A DNA stretch of 32,505 bases from a virus (taxonomy: Duplodnaviria; Caudoviricetes): IMG/VR virus record IMGVR_UViG_3300020192_000049, positions 1 through 32,505 of that record. One strand, written 5' to 3'. Below the pieces are notes generated by a model. It had not been told where the DNA came from, ran no database searches, and saw only the letters and a list, made by a program, of their open reading frames with translations. Below are positions 24,806 to 32,505 of this stretch, piece after piece. Numbering within the stretch: position 1 is the first letter of the stretch; every line of letters starts with the position of its first letter. A program made the translations under genes and the position numbers.

Positions 24806-26776
24806 TTACGGAGTCCAGTTGACATCGTCGAGAACCTGCACAGCAGCAGGCCGTCGCTTCTGCCAATTGATCCAACGCTCGGCGCGCATGGCGACAGAGT
24901 TGGTCTGGAACATTGACACCATAGTGGTTGCCGTAGGCACAACCGAGTTATTGGTCGGCGCATCGTCCATCTGCAAGGACGCCTCGCGGCTCGCGTCGAG
25001 TACCACCTGACCATCGTCGGCTAGCCAGATATCCGAAGCGTTGGCAAGGATCACGATGGCCCCACCGGTCACAGTCGGCACATACTCCGAGGCGATCACC
25101 GGCAGACCCTCAAAAGTCCCGCCCATCATCGTGATGTCGGGGAACTCCTTCTGGCCCAATGTGTTGCGCATCAGCGAGAGCGCCAATGCCACTGTCGACG
25201 GCATGATCCAGACAGCAGTCGTCGGCGTAATGTTGGCGGCAATATATGCCGACATCACTGCGCTAACATCAGCCCGGACCGCAGCCGCGTTGTTGCCGCT
25301 TGACGTGATCGCCACAACTCCATTGGTGATCGAAGCGGGTGAGACGTTGGCAACGAGCGCCTTTGCGGGCAGCACGAAGTCAATGTCCAACCGCGCGATC
25401 AGCGCTGAAGCCAGCGTATCGCGAACAATCGCCTCAGCCGAAGGGTTGCTGAATCGCATCAGCTCTTCCGACAGAACGGCAATGTTCGCGACCTTGGCCC
25501 AACCAAGATAAGCGTCCGTGAAGGTGCTGCGCGTCAGGGGCTTCGGTGCGCCCTGCCCAACCCAGTACCCGGAACCACCCGCCGATTCACCGCGGATGTG
25601 AACATTGAACGGAATCCGACGAAGCGACGGAACGCCGCCAACGCCGAACTTTCCAATGATCGTCTGCGGTCGAAGGAACTCAACGAAGTCGCCGACGAAC
25701 TGGTTGTATTCAACCAGCTCCGCCGCCCAACCCGTTGCTGTCGTGGTACCCGCGGACACCGCCGCTTTAAGCACGGTGTGGATGCGGGGTGAGTTCGGGA
25801 AGCGCTGCTTGGCGATCAGCTCGGCCTGCGGAAGGTTTCCCTTCGACACGCCAAGGCACATCGCGTAACGCGCGAACTCGATACCCTTGTCGAGCTTCGG
25901 CTCGGTCACAACGATCGACGGCGAACGCAGTGCGGCTGCACTCTCGGCCACCGTCGAGTCCTGCGGAGCGACAATGCGCTGCGCTGACTTCATGTTGCTC
26001 ACCTCGAGACGACGAAGGCGCACGAGGTGCGTGTCCACCGTCTTAACTTCCAGCTCCAGGCCGTCATACTCTTCCTCTTCAGCTTCATTCAAGGTGCGGC
26101 CCTCATCGGCTGCGGCCTTCATGATCGCTTCCAGTCGATCAGCGAGCGCTGCGCGCTTCGCCTCGAACTGTTTCAGTTGCTCTTGAACATTCATTGCGTT
26201 GCCCTCCTGGGGCTTGTTTAGTTTCGCCGTGACGCCGGCAGTTTTCTTAATGCTCACAGTCCGCGAGCTGTTGCGACCTGACGCGGTCAATAGCTTCTGA
26301 TCGAGAGCCTTAATGTTTGTGATCGTTGCATCGCCGTTGGCTGGGATGGTGACGAGCGAAAGCTCCAGCCATTCCCATTGATCGTATTTGACGCCACCAC
26401 CGTCGAGGAACTCGACGTTTGATTCCAGCGCTTGAAAGCCAATCGAAACGCCCGCGATCAACTTGTACTTGATTGAATGGACGGCCTCGTCGATTCGATC
26501 TTTGAGCTTCCCGGGTTCAATAACCTTCGGAATTTTTGCCTCAAATGGGATACCGTTTTTCTGCGGCTTCGCAAAATCCACGAAGCCGACAGGATGGCGC
26601 GCGTCATGCTGCCAGAGCAAAGGCATCGGCAGAGCGAACTTCGCGCCCATTGGGTTGACCACGTCGCCATATCGATCTGGCTTCGGAGTCGTGGCGACGC
26701 CGGTGATGACGTAGTGCTCGACTTCTTCCTCTACGCTCTTCACGTTCAGGACGCTGTAGGCTCGGCCCGTTTTCAT
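24806..26776 (-). CDS. Prohead protease-major capsid fusion (HK97 fold, 656 aa)
   Basis: N-terminal U35/S78 protease motifs (DRYGD, LLWQHD, GVSIGF, ELSLVTIPAN), a coiled-coil delta domain, and a capsid domain (WVGQG..KP, SEEL, MFQTN..A.RAE). Confidence 0.95.
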   Translation of the reverse strand: MKTGRAYSVLNVKSVEEEVEHYVITGVATTPKPDRYGDVVNPMGAKFALPMPLLWQHDARHPVGFVDFAKPQKNGIPFEAKIPKVIEPGKLKDRIDEAVHSIKYKLIAGVSIGFQALESNVEFLDGGGVKYDQWEWLELSLVTIPANGDATITNIKALDQKLLTASGRNSSRTVSIKKTAGVTAKLNKPQEGNAMNVQEQLKQFEAKRAALADRLEAIMKAAADEGRTLNEAEEEEYDGLELEVKTVDTHLVRLRRLEVSNMKSAQRIVAPQDSTVAESAAALRSPSIVVTEPKLDKGIEFARYAMCLGVSKGNLPQAELIAKQRFPNSPRIHTVLKAAVSAGTTTATGWAAELVEYNQFVGDFVEFLRPQTIIGKFGVGGVPSLRRIPFNVHIRGESAGGSGYWVGQGAPKPLTRSTFTDAYLGWAKVANIAVLSEELMRFSNPSAEAIVRDTLASALIARLDIDFVLPAKALVANVSPASITNGVVAITSSGNNAAAVRADVSAVMSAYIAANITPTTAVWIMPSTVALALSLMRNTLGQKEFPDITMMGGTFEGLPVIASEYVPTVTGGAIVILANASDIWLADDGQVVLDASREASLQMDDAPTNNSVVPTATTMVSMFQTNSVAMRAERWINWQKRRPAAVQVLDDVNWTP

Positions 26777-26790
26777 AATTAGTTGAACTC

Positions 26791-28557
26791 CTAGCCAACA
26801 AAAAATAATTTATATTCAGGGGCCGCTACACCCTGCGCAGTCACAGCAGCGCCGATCGCCATAGCAAGCGCGACGGCCATATCAATCCTGCCCTTTGCTC
26901 GTTGCTTCGAGAAACGACGCAACCCAATAGGGCTTTCGTCGAAGCGCGCCGACATTATAGCGGATCGAAGCGGAGGGCTGACGCTGACGCGGAGCCTACC
27001 CTCCAGGATCAACTTCTCTAAAGCCTGCACAGACTCTGGCATGGAGAGGTTTGAATTCTTGCGGCGGTTGAATCCTTGCGGATGCTCGAGCGCGGGCAGC
27101 TCCACGCCGATCGCGTCGAGTTCCTCTTTGAATCGCTTGATTAACCACACGTCATAAACCAGCGCCTGCAGCTCGTACAGGTGCGAATCCTCTATGCAGT
27201 CCCGCGCAACATAGTCGAGGCGCGTAACCTTGCCCGGAGTCGCTGTCAAATACCCCTCTTCGGCCCAGATATCATAAGGAGCTCGATCCTCTTCGGATTT
27301 TTCCTTTATGCCCTCCTTCGGGAGGTAGCCGTGAACGTGCGCGGCGAACTTGGTGCGCCCGTCCTCAGTCTCTCCATCCGGCCAGACCAGCGCCTTCGCC
27401 GTCAAGTCACGAGAAGAACCAAGATCCAATCCAATCCAGCAGGGCTTGTTCGCGAAATCTTCGAGACAAAATGAAGCGTCTTCGATCTGCTCCCACGCTT
27501 CCCGCTCAAGCCATGCCGTCTCCGCCTCAGTCCAAACGCAAAAGTGCAGCCTCAATATTCCGTTACGTTTCCCGGGCATGGCCTTGGCCATAGCGGCTTG
27601 CTTGGATAGGTAGTCTTCTGTGATCGTGACGCCGAGAAGCGGGTTGGCCTTCGACCAGCATGAAGGATCATTCAGCGGATCGTCCCCCTCATCGAGCGCG
27701 CAGACGAATGAGAACGTTGTGTCGTCGAAAACTTCTACGCCTGAATCGTCGTGTCCTCGAGCAACGTTCACCGCGTGTTCGTGCTCTTCCCAACAGATCG
27801 AATTTCGATCACTGCCCGCATTCGTCGCCATAGCAAGTAGCGGCTGCCTGCGGAACTTAAACCCGCGCTCCAGCATGTCAACAGTTATTCGGTCCTTGTG
27901 CTCGTGGATCTCGTCGCACAGCGCCATGTGCGGACGCGGGCCGCTCTGGCTGTCGTCGGAGCTGATGGGCCTGAAGAACGAAGCGGACTCAGGGTGTCCA
28001 ATATTCCACACAGGCGTGCCGCCGCTCTTCTTTGTCCGTGCGCTGAGGACTGGCGATAGATCGACCATAGCCACAGCGTCGCGGAACATGACCTGGGCCT
28101 GGTCCTTCTTTGCGCCAGCGGCGTAAACTTCGGCTCGCGGCTCTTTGTCGGCCATCAGCCCAATCAGGCCAATCCCGGCGAGCATCGGCGTTTTTCCGTT
28201 CCCCTTCCCCTCTTCGTCATAGAACCGACGAAAACGACGAGGGCCGTTAACGTCGCCGATCTTCCAGCCGAAGATCGAGCCAATTCTAAATACCTGCGAC
28301 GGATGCAGCACGAACGGCTGCCCCTCGAATTGGCCACCGTTCAGGAGCAACACTTCCTCGAAGAACTCGATTTTTCGGTGGGCGTCCTTCAGGTCCCAAA
28401 ACAGCCCACGGGCGGGGCCGTCTTCTAGGTCTCGCAAATGGCGCGCACAACTTGCCCGGACCCAAGGCCCTTGCACAACCTCGCCAGCGACGACGAGGCG
28501 AGCCCAATCCGTGACCGGATCAGCTGCGGTACTTGTCGAGCGCGTCCTTTTTGACAC
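26791..28557 (-). CDS. terL: Terminase large subunit
   Basis: Walker A GKGNGKT, Walker B LCDEIHE, W.KANP.LG, nuclease GLDL...DLTA and RID..VA motifs. Confidence 0.96.
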   Translation of the reverse strand: MSKRTRSTSTAADPVTDWARLVVAGEVVQGPWVRASCARHLRDLEDGPARGLFWDLKDAHRKIEFFEEVLLLNGGQFEGQPFVLHPSQVFRIGSIFGWKIGDVNGPRRFRRFYDEEGKGNGKTPMLAGIGLIGLMADKEPRAEVYAAGAKKDQAQVMFRDAVAMVDLSPVLSARTKKSGGTPVWNIGHPESASFFRPISSDDSQSGPRPHMALCDEIHEHKDRITVDMLERGFKFRRQPLLAMATNAGSDRNSICWEEHEHAVNVARGHDDSGVEVFDDTTFSFVCALDEGDDPLNDPSCWSKANPLLGVTITEDYLSKQAAMAKAMPGKRNGILRLHFCVWTEAETAWLEREAWEQIEDASFCLEDFANKPCWIGLDLGSSRDLTAKALVWPDGETEDGRTKFAAHVHGYLPKEGIKEKSEEDRAPYDIWAEEGYLTATPGKVTRLDYVARDCIEDSHLYELQALVYDVWLIKRFKEELDAIGVELPALEHPQGFNRRKNSNLSMPESVQALEKLILEGRLRVSVSPPLRSAIMSARFDESPIGLRRFSKQRAKGRIDMAVALAMAIGAAVTAQGVAAPEYKLFFVG

Positions 28558-28894
28558 CTTTTCGAGATCCTATGCGTGTACGGGAAACAGGATCAAAACC
28601 AAGCTCAGAACCCAGTCCACGAAGCTGCCACATCTTCGCTGCGATCATCTTCTCGGGGTCCGCTTCATACTCCGCCATTAGGTTGCACCAGATAGCCGAC
28701 TTCGTTTCATCAGCTCTCGTGAGCCAGTGCGCCGGGACGATGTACCGATTCCAGTAACGGATCGCTTTTGGCAGCAGAAGAAAATCAGGCTGTTCGCATT
28801 CCCCGTCCATCTGCACAATCGAAGCACCATTGGTCGGCCTGCCCTGCAACAGCCGCAGATCAGGGGGGATCACTTTCACGCCTCGTATTGCCAT
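28520..28894 (-). CDS. terS: Terminase small subunit (P27-like)
   Basis: Immediately upstream of and overlapping terL; G.K..P..L..L.G.P N-terminus and ELGF.P.SR.RI motif. Confidence 0.8.
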   Translation of the reverse strand: MAIRGVKVIPPDLRLLQGRPTNGASIVQMDGECEQPDFLLLPKAIRYWNRYIVPAHWLTRADETKSAIWCNLMAEYEADPEKMIAAKMWQLRGLGSELGFDPVSRTRIGSRKGVKKDALDKYRS

Positions 28895-29391
28895 TACAGT
28901 TCCATCCTCACTTCGATGCCGAACGATTCGACGTGCGGCCCGGAGAAAGTCACCAGCGCCTCGACGCGATACTTCCCAGCGGGCTGCGTGCCGTTGATGT
29001 AGCAGGAGACGCGCTGTTCGCCAGCGCTGTTGACGATGAACTCATCGGTGATCGTGAACCCGTCGCCGCTCCAGGCCGCAGAGACAACCGTCTTGAATAG
29101 GCTGTTGTTGCTGATCGCTCTGCAAGTCCACACAACGGAACCATCGTTCACCGTTGCGGCAATCGTCGTTGGCCATGCTGGCTCGGAGACTCCGACCTGT
29201 CCCGCTTGCGTACACTCGTACTCGTAGCCGTTGCGGCTGAAAGGATTCGGCCGGACGTAATCGCCCAGCCGATATATCCCCGTACCGCACACAGCGTCCC
29301 ACCTTCGTTCGCAGAAGTCGGTCAGGTCAATCTGCACCGGCAGCGACTCGCCTGCCAGCTTGCAATCTCGCCCAACTATGCGGCAGGCCAT
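28894..29391 (-). CDS. Putative fibre adaptor protein with an inserted CBM-like module
   Basis: The flanks resemble small phage fibre-adaptor proteins (K..GE.L...ID...; V..AW; G..G..Y.V...VT..G). The insert is YRLGDYVRP...NGY.Y.CT.AG......P.WPT......DG.V.W.C. Confidence 0.5.
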   Translation of the reverse strand: MACRIVGRDCKLAGESLPVQIDLTDFCERRWDAVCGTGIYRLGDYVRPNPFSRNGYEYECTQAGQVGVSEPAWPTTIAATVNDGSVVWTCRAISNNSLFKTVVSAAWSGDGFTITDEFIVNSAGEQRVSCYINGTQPAGKYRVEALVTFSGPHVESFGIEVRMEL

Positions 29392-29400
29392 ATTCAGTTA

Positions 29401-29781
29401 CTACGGCGCTGCGGGCGCACGAACCTCAATCCCCCAGGTCGGAATAGTCACCGTTCCTGCGGCCGTGAGTGTCTGCGTCGTGCATGTCGTGATGTACTGC
29501 ACCACATCCGCATCGTCGTCCACGATCGCCACATGCGTCGCGTCGCCGCTCGTGGAGATGCTGATGTCGTTGAAGGCGGCCACGTTCAATCGTCGGCCGG
29601 AAACCGAGCCAGCCGCTTCCGTCAGGTTCGCATCCACAAGCGCTGTCGCGGCGAGCGTGCCCGCTGCGATGTTCGCATAGACTGTGATCTCCGAAGTGAG
29701 CACAACAATCCGCCGCGCTGCTGCGTTGCGGATCGAATTGAACCCGTTACTATAAAAATTATTCGGTGCAAAGCGCGCCAT
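29401..29781 (-). CDS. Conserved putative virion appendage protein (126 aa)
   Basis: SGRRL.VAA, SG.ATHVAIVD and Y.TTCT.Q.LT..GTV..P.W.IE motifs; beta-rich; SD AAGGAG. Confidence 0.65.
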   Translation of the reverse strand: MARFAPNNFYSNGFNSIRNAAARRIVVLTSEITVYANIAAGTLAATALVDANLTEAAGSVSGRRLNVAAFNDISISTSGDATHVAIVDDDADVVQYITTCTTQTLTAAGTVTIPTWGIEVRAPAAP

Positions 29782-30003
29782 TTATTTAACTCCTTCGGTT
29801 TCTTGACCAACAATAGTTTCGTCCGGCCGCACAATCTTCGGCGACAAATCCGGGGAGCCCGTTAGGATCTCTCCTGAAATATCCCGCGCCCAGCCAGTGC
29901 TGCAAAAATGCCCAGCGTCGCCTTCTGAGACCACGCGCAGCTCGCCCTTGTAGTAGTTTTGACCCTTGGATCGGAAATCCGTCAGGCATTCAATTCGCTT
30001 CAT
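29782..30003 (-). CDS. Hypothetical protein (73 aa)
   Basis: SD GAGG; Y.KGE.R.V...A..F...GWA pattern similar to small head-associated proteins. Confidence 0.65.
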   Translation of the reverse strand: MKRIECLTDFRSKGQNYYKGELRVVSEGDAGHFCSTGWARDISGEILTGSPDLSPKIVRPDETIVGQETEGVK

Positions 30004-30042
30004 ATCCTCGCGCCTCTCATGTAGTTAATCCTGCCCAGCCAT

Positions 30043-32340
30043 CTAGTCCCTGCCGTTCCTTTCCGCGCTGTACTGGTCTGTCCTGATCGCGGAATAAAGA
30101 CGAGGGTTTCTGTCGACAAAGAAAACATTCCCATCTGTGAGTTCCCCCGGACGAATCAGCGCAACAAATGAGCTGGTCAGGATGTGGACGCTTTCGCCGA
30201 CAGCTAACGAACTTGCCTGAGATAATACAGTATTTTCGGCGAAGTTTAAATGTGCGGACGAACCCACGGCCAATGTTGATGACGCGCTGAGCTCGAATGA
30301 GTCCGAGATGTGCGCGTGGAATGAGTCGTCGGCAAACACAGTGATGCCGAATCCCAGCGCGGGGTTGCTCGATACGTGGCTGTGAGCGGAGCCCGCCACA
30401 GCCAGTGTCGATGCCTGCGTCAAGCCAACCCCATCCGCCACATGCAGGTGCACCGACTCGAGGCCAGACAAGAACGGAACCGTCGAGACTGCGGGCTGAT
30501 CCGAGTAATGCAGGTGCACCGACTCGCCAATCCCCAGGGCCGCCGATTCGGTAAGCGCAAGCGATTCGGAAGCGTGCGCGTGGACCGACTCGCCAACAGC
30601 CAGTGCACTGGCCTGCGTGAGGCTCGGTTCGTCGCTTACTTGGACATGAACCGAATCTGCCGGGCTGACTGCGTTACCTTGAATGAGGTTCGCGGAGTTG
30701 GTCGCGTTGAGATGGGCTGAACCGTCGACGGTGAGCGTCGATGCCTGCGTCAGTCCTGGCGCATCGCTCGCGTGAGCATGAGCGGAGTCCTGCGGCGCAA
30801 GGTTCGCCGACTGGTCGAACACGACTGTATCGCTTGCGTGGGTGTGCGCGGAGTCTTGCGCGGCCAGCGAAGATGCTTGGGCGAGGTCCGCTGCGTCGCT
30901 TGCGTGAGCGTGGGCTGATCCTTCGACGACGAGCGAGGATGATTGAGTCAGCGCCGCGCCGTCCGACACGAACAGATGCGCGGACTCATCGACGACGAGA
31001 GACAGCGCCAGCGACACAACGGGCTGGTCTGATACGTGAACGTGAACCGAGCCATCGATCGTAAGCGTGAACGCTACCGTTACCACGACAGCATCGGTCG
31101 CGTGCGCGTGGACCGACTCGAGGACGGTCAGCGAGGCGGACTGAACGAGCAGCGTCGCATCGGTCGCGTGCGCGTGGGCACTGCTGCCGACCGTAAGAGA
31201 CGCGCCCGCCGTCAGCGCTAGGTTGTCCGATGCGTGTAGGTGTGCGCTGCTGCCGACCGTAAGAGACGCGGCCTGAGTCAGCGCTGGGCCGTCCGTCGCG
31301 TGCAGATGCGCACTATCGCCGATTGCGAGGGACGCGGCCTGCGTCAGGTTCGCACTGTCGCTCGCATGAAAGTGAGCGCTGCTGTTGATCGCTAGCGTTG
31401 CAGCCTGCGTCAGCCCTAGGCCGTCCGATGCATGCAAGTGCGCGCTGCCGTCGACCGCAAGAGACGAGCCCGCCGTCAGATCTAAGCCGTCCGCTGCGTG
31501 CAGGTGCGCGCTACTTGCGACGACGAGGCTGTTGGCCTGCGTTAGCGCGGGGCCGTCCGATGCGTGAAGGTGCGCACTGCTGCCGATCGAAAGGGACGCA
31601 GCCTGCGTCAGCGCTGGGCCGTCCGATGCATGCGGATGTGCGCTGCTGCCAACCGCAAGGGACGCGGCCTGCGTCAGCCCTAGGCCGTCCGCTGCGTGCA
31701 GATGCGCGCTATCGCCAACCGCAAGAGACGTGATTGCAACAGGGCGGTACGCTACGCCGATGGTGTACCAAGTCGGCGAGTTAGTAAGCGTTGCGTCAAA
31801 ATCCTTCGACCCTGCCGCGCCCGCGTCTGCGCGGCTCATCCACCGTTCCCAATTTCCCGCCGTCCCCAAAGCGGTGTAGCCCGACCCGGATGTTAAGCCG
31901 CCGTTATTAACAGCCCTCACCATCCCCAACACAGTTACGCTGGCAACGGTGGTGGTGAAGGCAGTAGAGATCGCGCTGCCGCTTCCCGTTCCGTCAAACA
32001 GCACGTCACGCGGCGTCGTCGCGTCCACGTCCGACAACTCAAACGCCAGCAGCCACCCGTCGCTCGCCACAGCAAATGTGATAGTGAAATCTGTCGGCGA
32101 TCCTGTTATTGCCTCAGTGTCATACAGATAAAGATTGTTGGTCCCGTCCGCAGCCCGAGTCCTGCGTTGCGTCAGCGTGTTGCTGCCGACAGTAGCCGTG
32201 GCAGGTGCTTGCTCTGAAATAAACAGCAGCACCACCCTGTTGCCGTTGACAGGGGCGGTGCCGCCGATACTCGTGAAAGTCGCGGTCCACGTTGTGCTGC
32301 CGAATGCGTCGCCATTCGTATCAGAAACAATCGTAGGCAT
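30043..32340 (-). CDS. His-repeat fibre protein (765 aa)
   Basis: A 204 aa beta-rich N-terminal domain, then 24 exact 22 aa repeats, then a 33 aa tail. Confidence 0.85.
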   Translation of the reverse strand: MPTIVSDTNGDAFGSTTWTATFTSIGGTAPVNGNRVVLLFISEQAPATATVGSNTLTQRRTRAADGTNNLYLYDTEAITGSPTDFTITFAVASDGWLLAFELSDVDATTPRDVLFDGTGSGSAISTAFTTTVASVTVLGMVRAVNNGGLTSGSGYTALGTAGNWERWMSRADAGAAGSKDFDATLTNSPTWYTIGVAYRPVAITSLAVGDSAHLHAADGLGLTQAASLAVGSSAHPHASDGPALTQAASLSIGSSAHLHASDGPALTQANSLVVASSAHLHAADGLDLTAGSSLAVDGSAHLHASDGLGLTQAATLAINSSAHFHASDSANLTQAASLAIGDSAHLHATDGPALTQAASLTVGSSAHLHASDNLALTAGASLTVGSSAHAHATDATLLVQSASLTVLESVHAHATDAVVVTVAFTLTIDGSVHVHVSDQPVVSLALSLVVDESAHLFVSDGAALTQSSSLVVEGSAHAHASDAADLAQASSLAAQDSAHTHASDTVVFDQSANLAPQDSAHAHASDAPGLTQASTLTVDGSAHLNATNSANLIQGNAVSPADSVHVQVSDEPSLTQASALAVGESVHAHASESLALTESAALGIGESVHLHYSDQPAVSTVPFLSGLESVHLHVADGVGLTQASTLAVAGSAHSHVSSNPALGFGITVFADDSFHAHISDSFELSASSTLAVGSSAHLNFAENTVLSQASSLAVGESVHILTSSFVALIRPGELTDGNVFFVDRNPRLYSAIRTDQYSAERNGRD
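30145..31728 (-). repeat. 24 x 66 bp (22 aa) tandem repeat, consensus SLAVGSSAHLHASDGPALTQAA
   Basis: Counted by hand with no indels. Example: CTGCTGCCGACCGTAAGAGACGCG occurs at 31181 and 31247, 66 bp apart. Confidence 0.92.
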
Positions 32341-32356
32341 CGGCTTACTCTATCGC

Positions 32357-32505
32357 TTACTGAACAGTGACCGACGATGGAGCGTTCGGGATCGCGTTGA
32401 TGCTCTTGCATACCTCGCCAGACGGTGCCGATTCCATCCCATTGATATCGACTGCCGTGACCGTGTAGCAGCGAGTGCCAATTGGGTTCGATCCACGTGG
32501 AACTG
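32357..32505 (-). CDS. Partial CDS (3' end), fibronectin type III-like domain
   Basis: Translated by hand as ...GTRCYTVTAVDINGMESAPSGEVCKSINAIPNAPSSVTVQ*. Y.VTAVD..G.ES.PS is the FN3 C-terminal motif. Confidence 0.7.
   Translation of the reverse strand, partial: VPRGSNPIGTRCYTVTAVDINGMESAPSGEVCKSINAIPNAPSSVTVQ

Noticed and set aside
28894-28920. cos site upstream of terS
   Set aside because: There is no intergenic space and no recognisable cohesive-end sequence, so it cannot be placed from this window.
9438-32131. Numerous + strand ORFs opposite the late genes (e.g. 23315..24175, 29206..29865)
   Set aside because: These are antisense shadows expected in GC-rich coding DNA, with no SD sequences or motifs.
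1-32505. Stop-codon reassignment, tRNA genes or IS elements
   Set aside because: Core genes are full length in the standard code and TAA, TAG and TGA are all used as stops. I saw no cloverleaf or transposase signature by eye.

Overview
The window is an intact-looking 32.5 kb segment of a tailed phage or prophage (HK97-fold siphovirus, GC-rich, probably with a proteobacterial host) made of two convergent arms. The + strand arm (1-6353) is an early/accessory operon of tightly coupled ORFs with ATGA/GTGA overlaps. It contains a DNA-metabolism block (SSB-like protein ending DDDIPF, DnaQ-like exonuclease, DUF1367- and DUF1364-like proteins), two secreted proteins, and about 9 paralogous small Ala-rich helical proteins that share near-identical DNA at their gene junctions, like a cassette array. 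The - strand arm (6564-32505) is the late operon. In transcription order it runs: a pre-terminase appendage module (FN3-like protein, a 765 aa fibre with 24 x 22 aa His-x-His repeats, two small proteins, an adaptor-like protein), terS, terL, a protease-capsid fusion with an internal start, a small protein, portal, a portal-linked protein, gp6 connector, head closure, an inserted Maf/DUF115-like glycosyltransferase-fold gene, gp10, tail terminator, major tail protein, G/GT chaperones with a -1 frameshift, tape measure, a B3/D3112/YuA-type tail tip, and a lysis cassette (amidase, holin, lipoprotein). The arms meet at an AT-rich spacer with a 26 bp direct repeat and IHF-like sites. I found no tRNA, rRNA, CRISPR array, integrase or reverse transcriptase. 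Family assignments come from motifs I recognised by eye, not from database searches.
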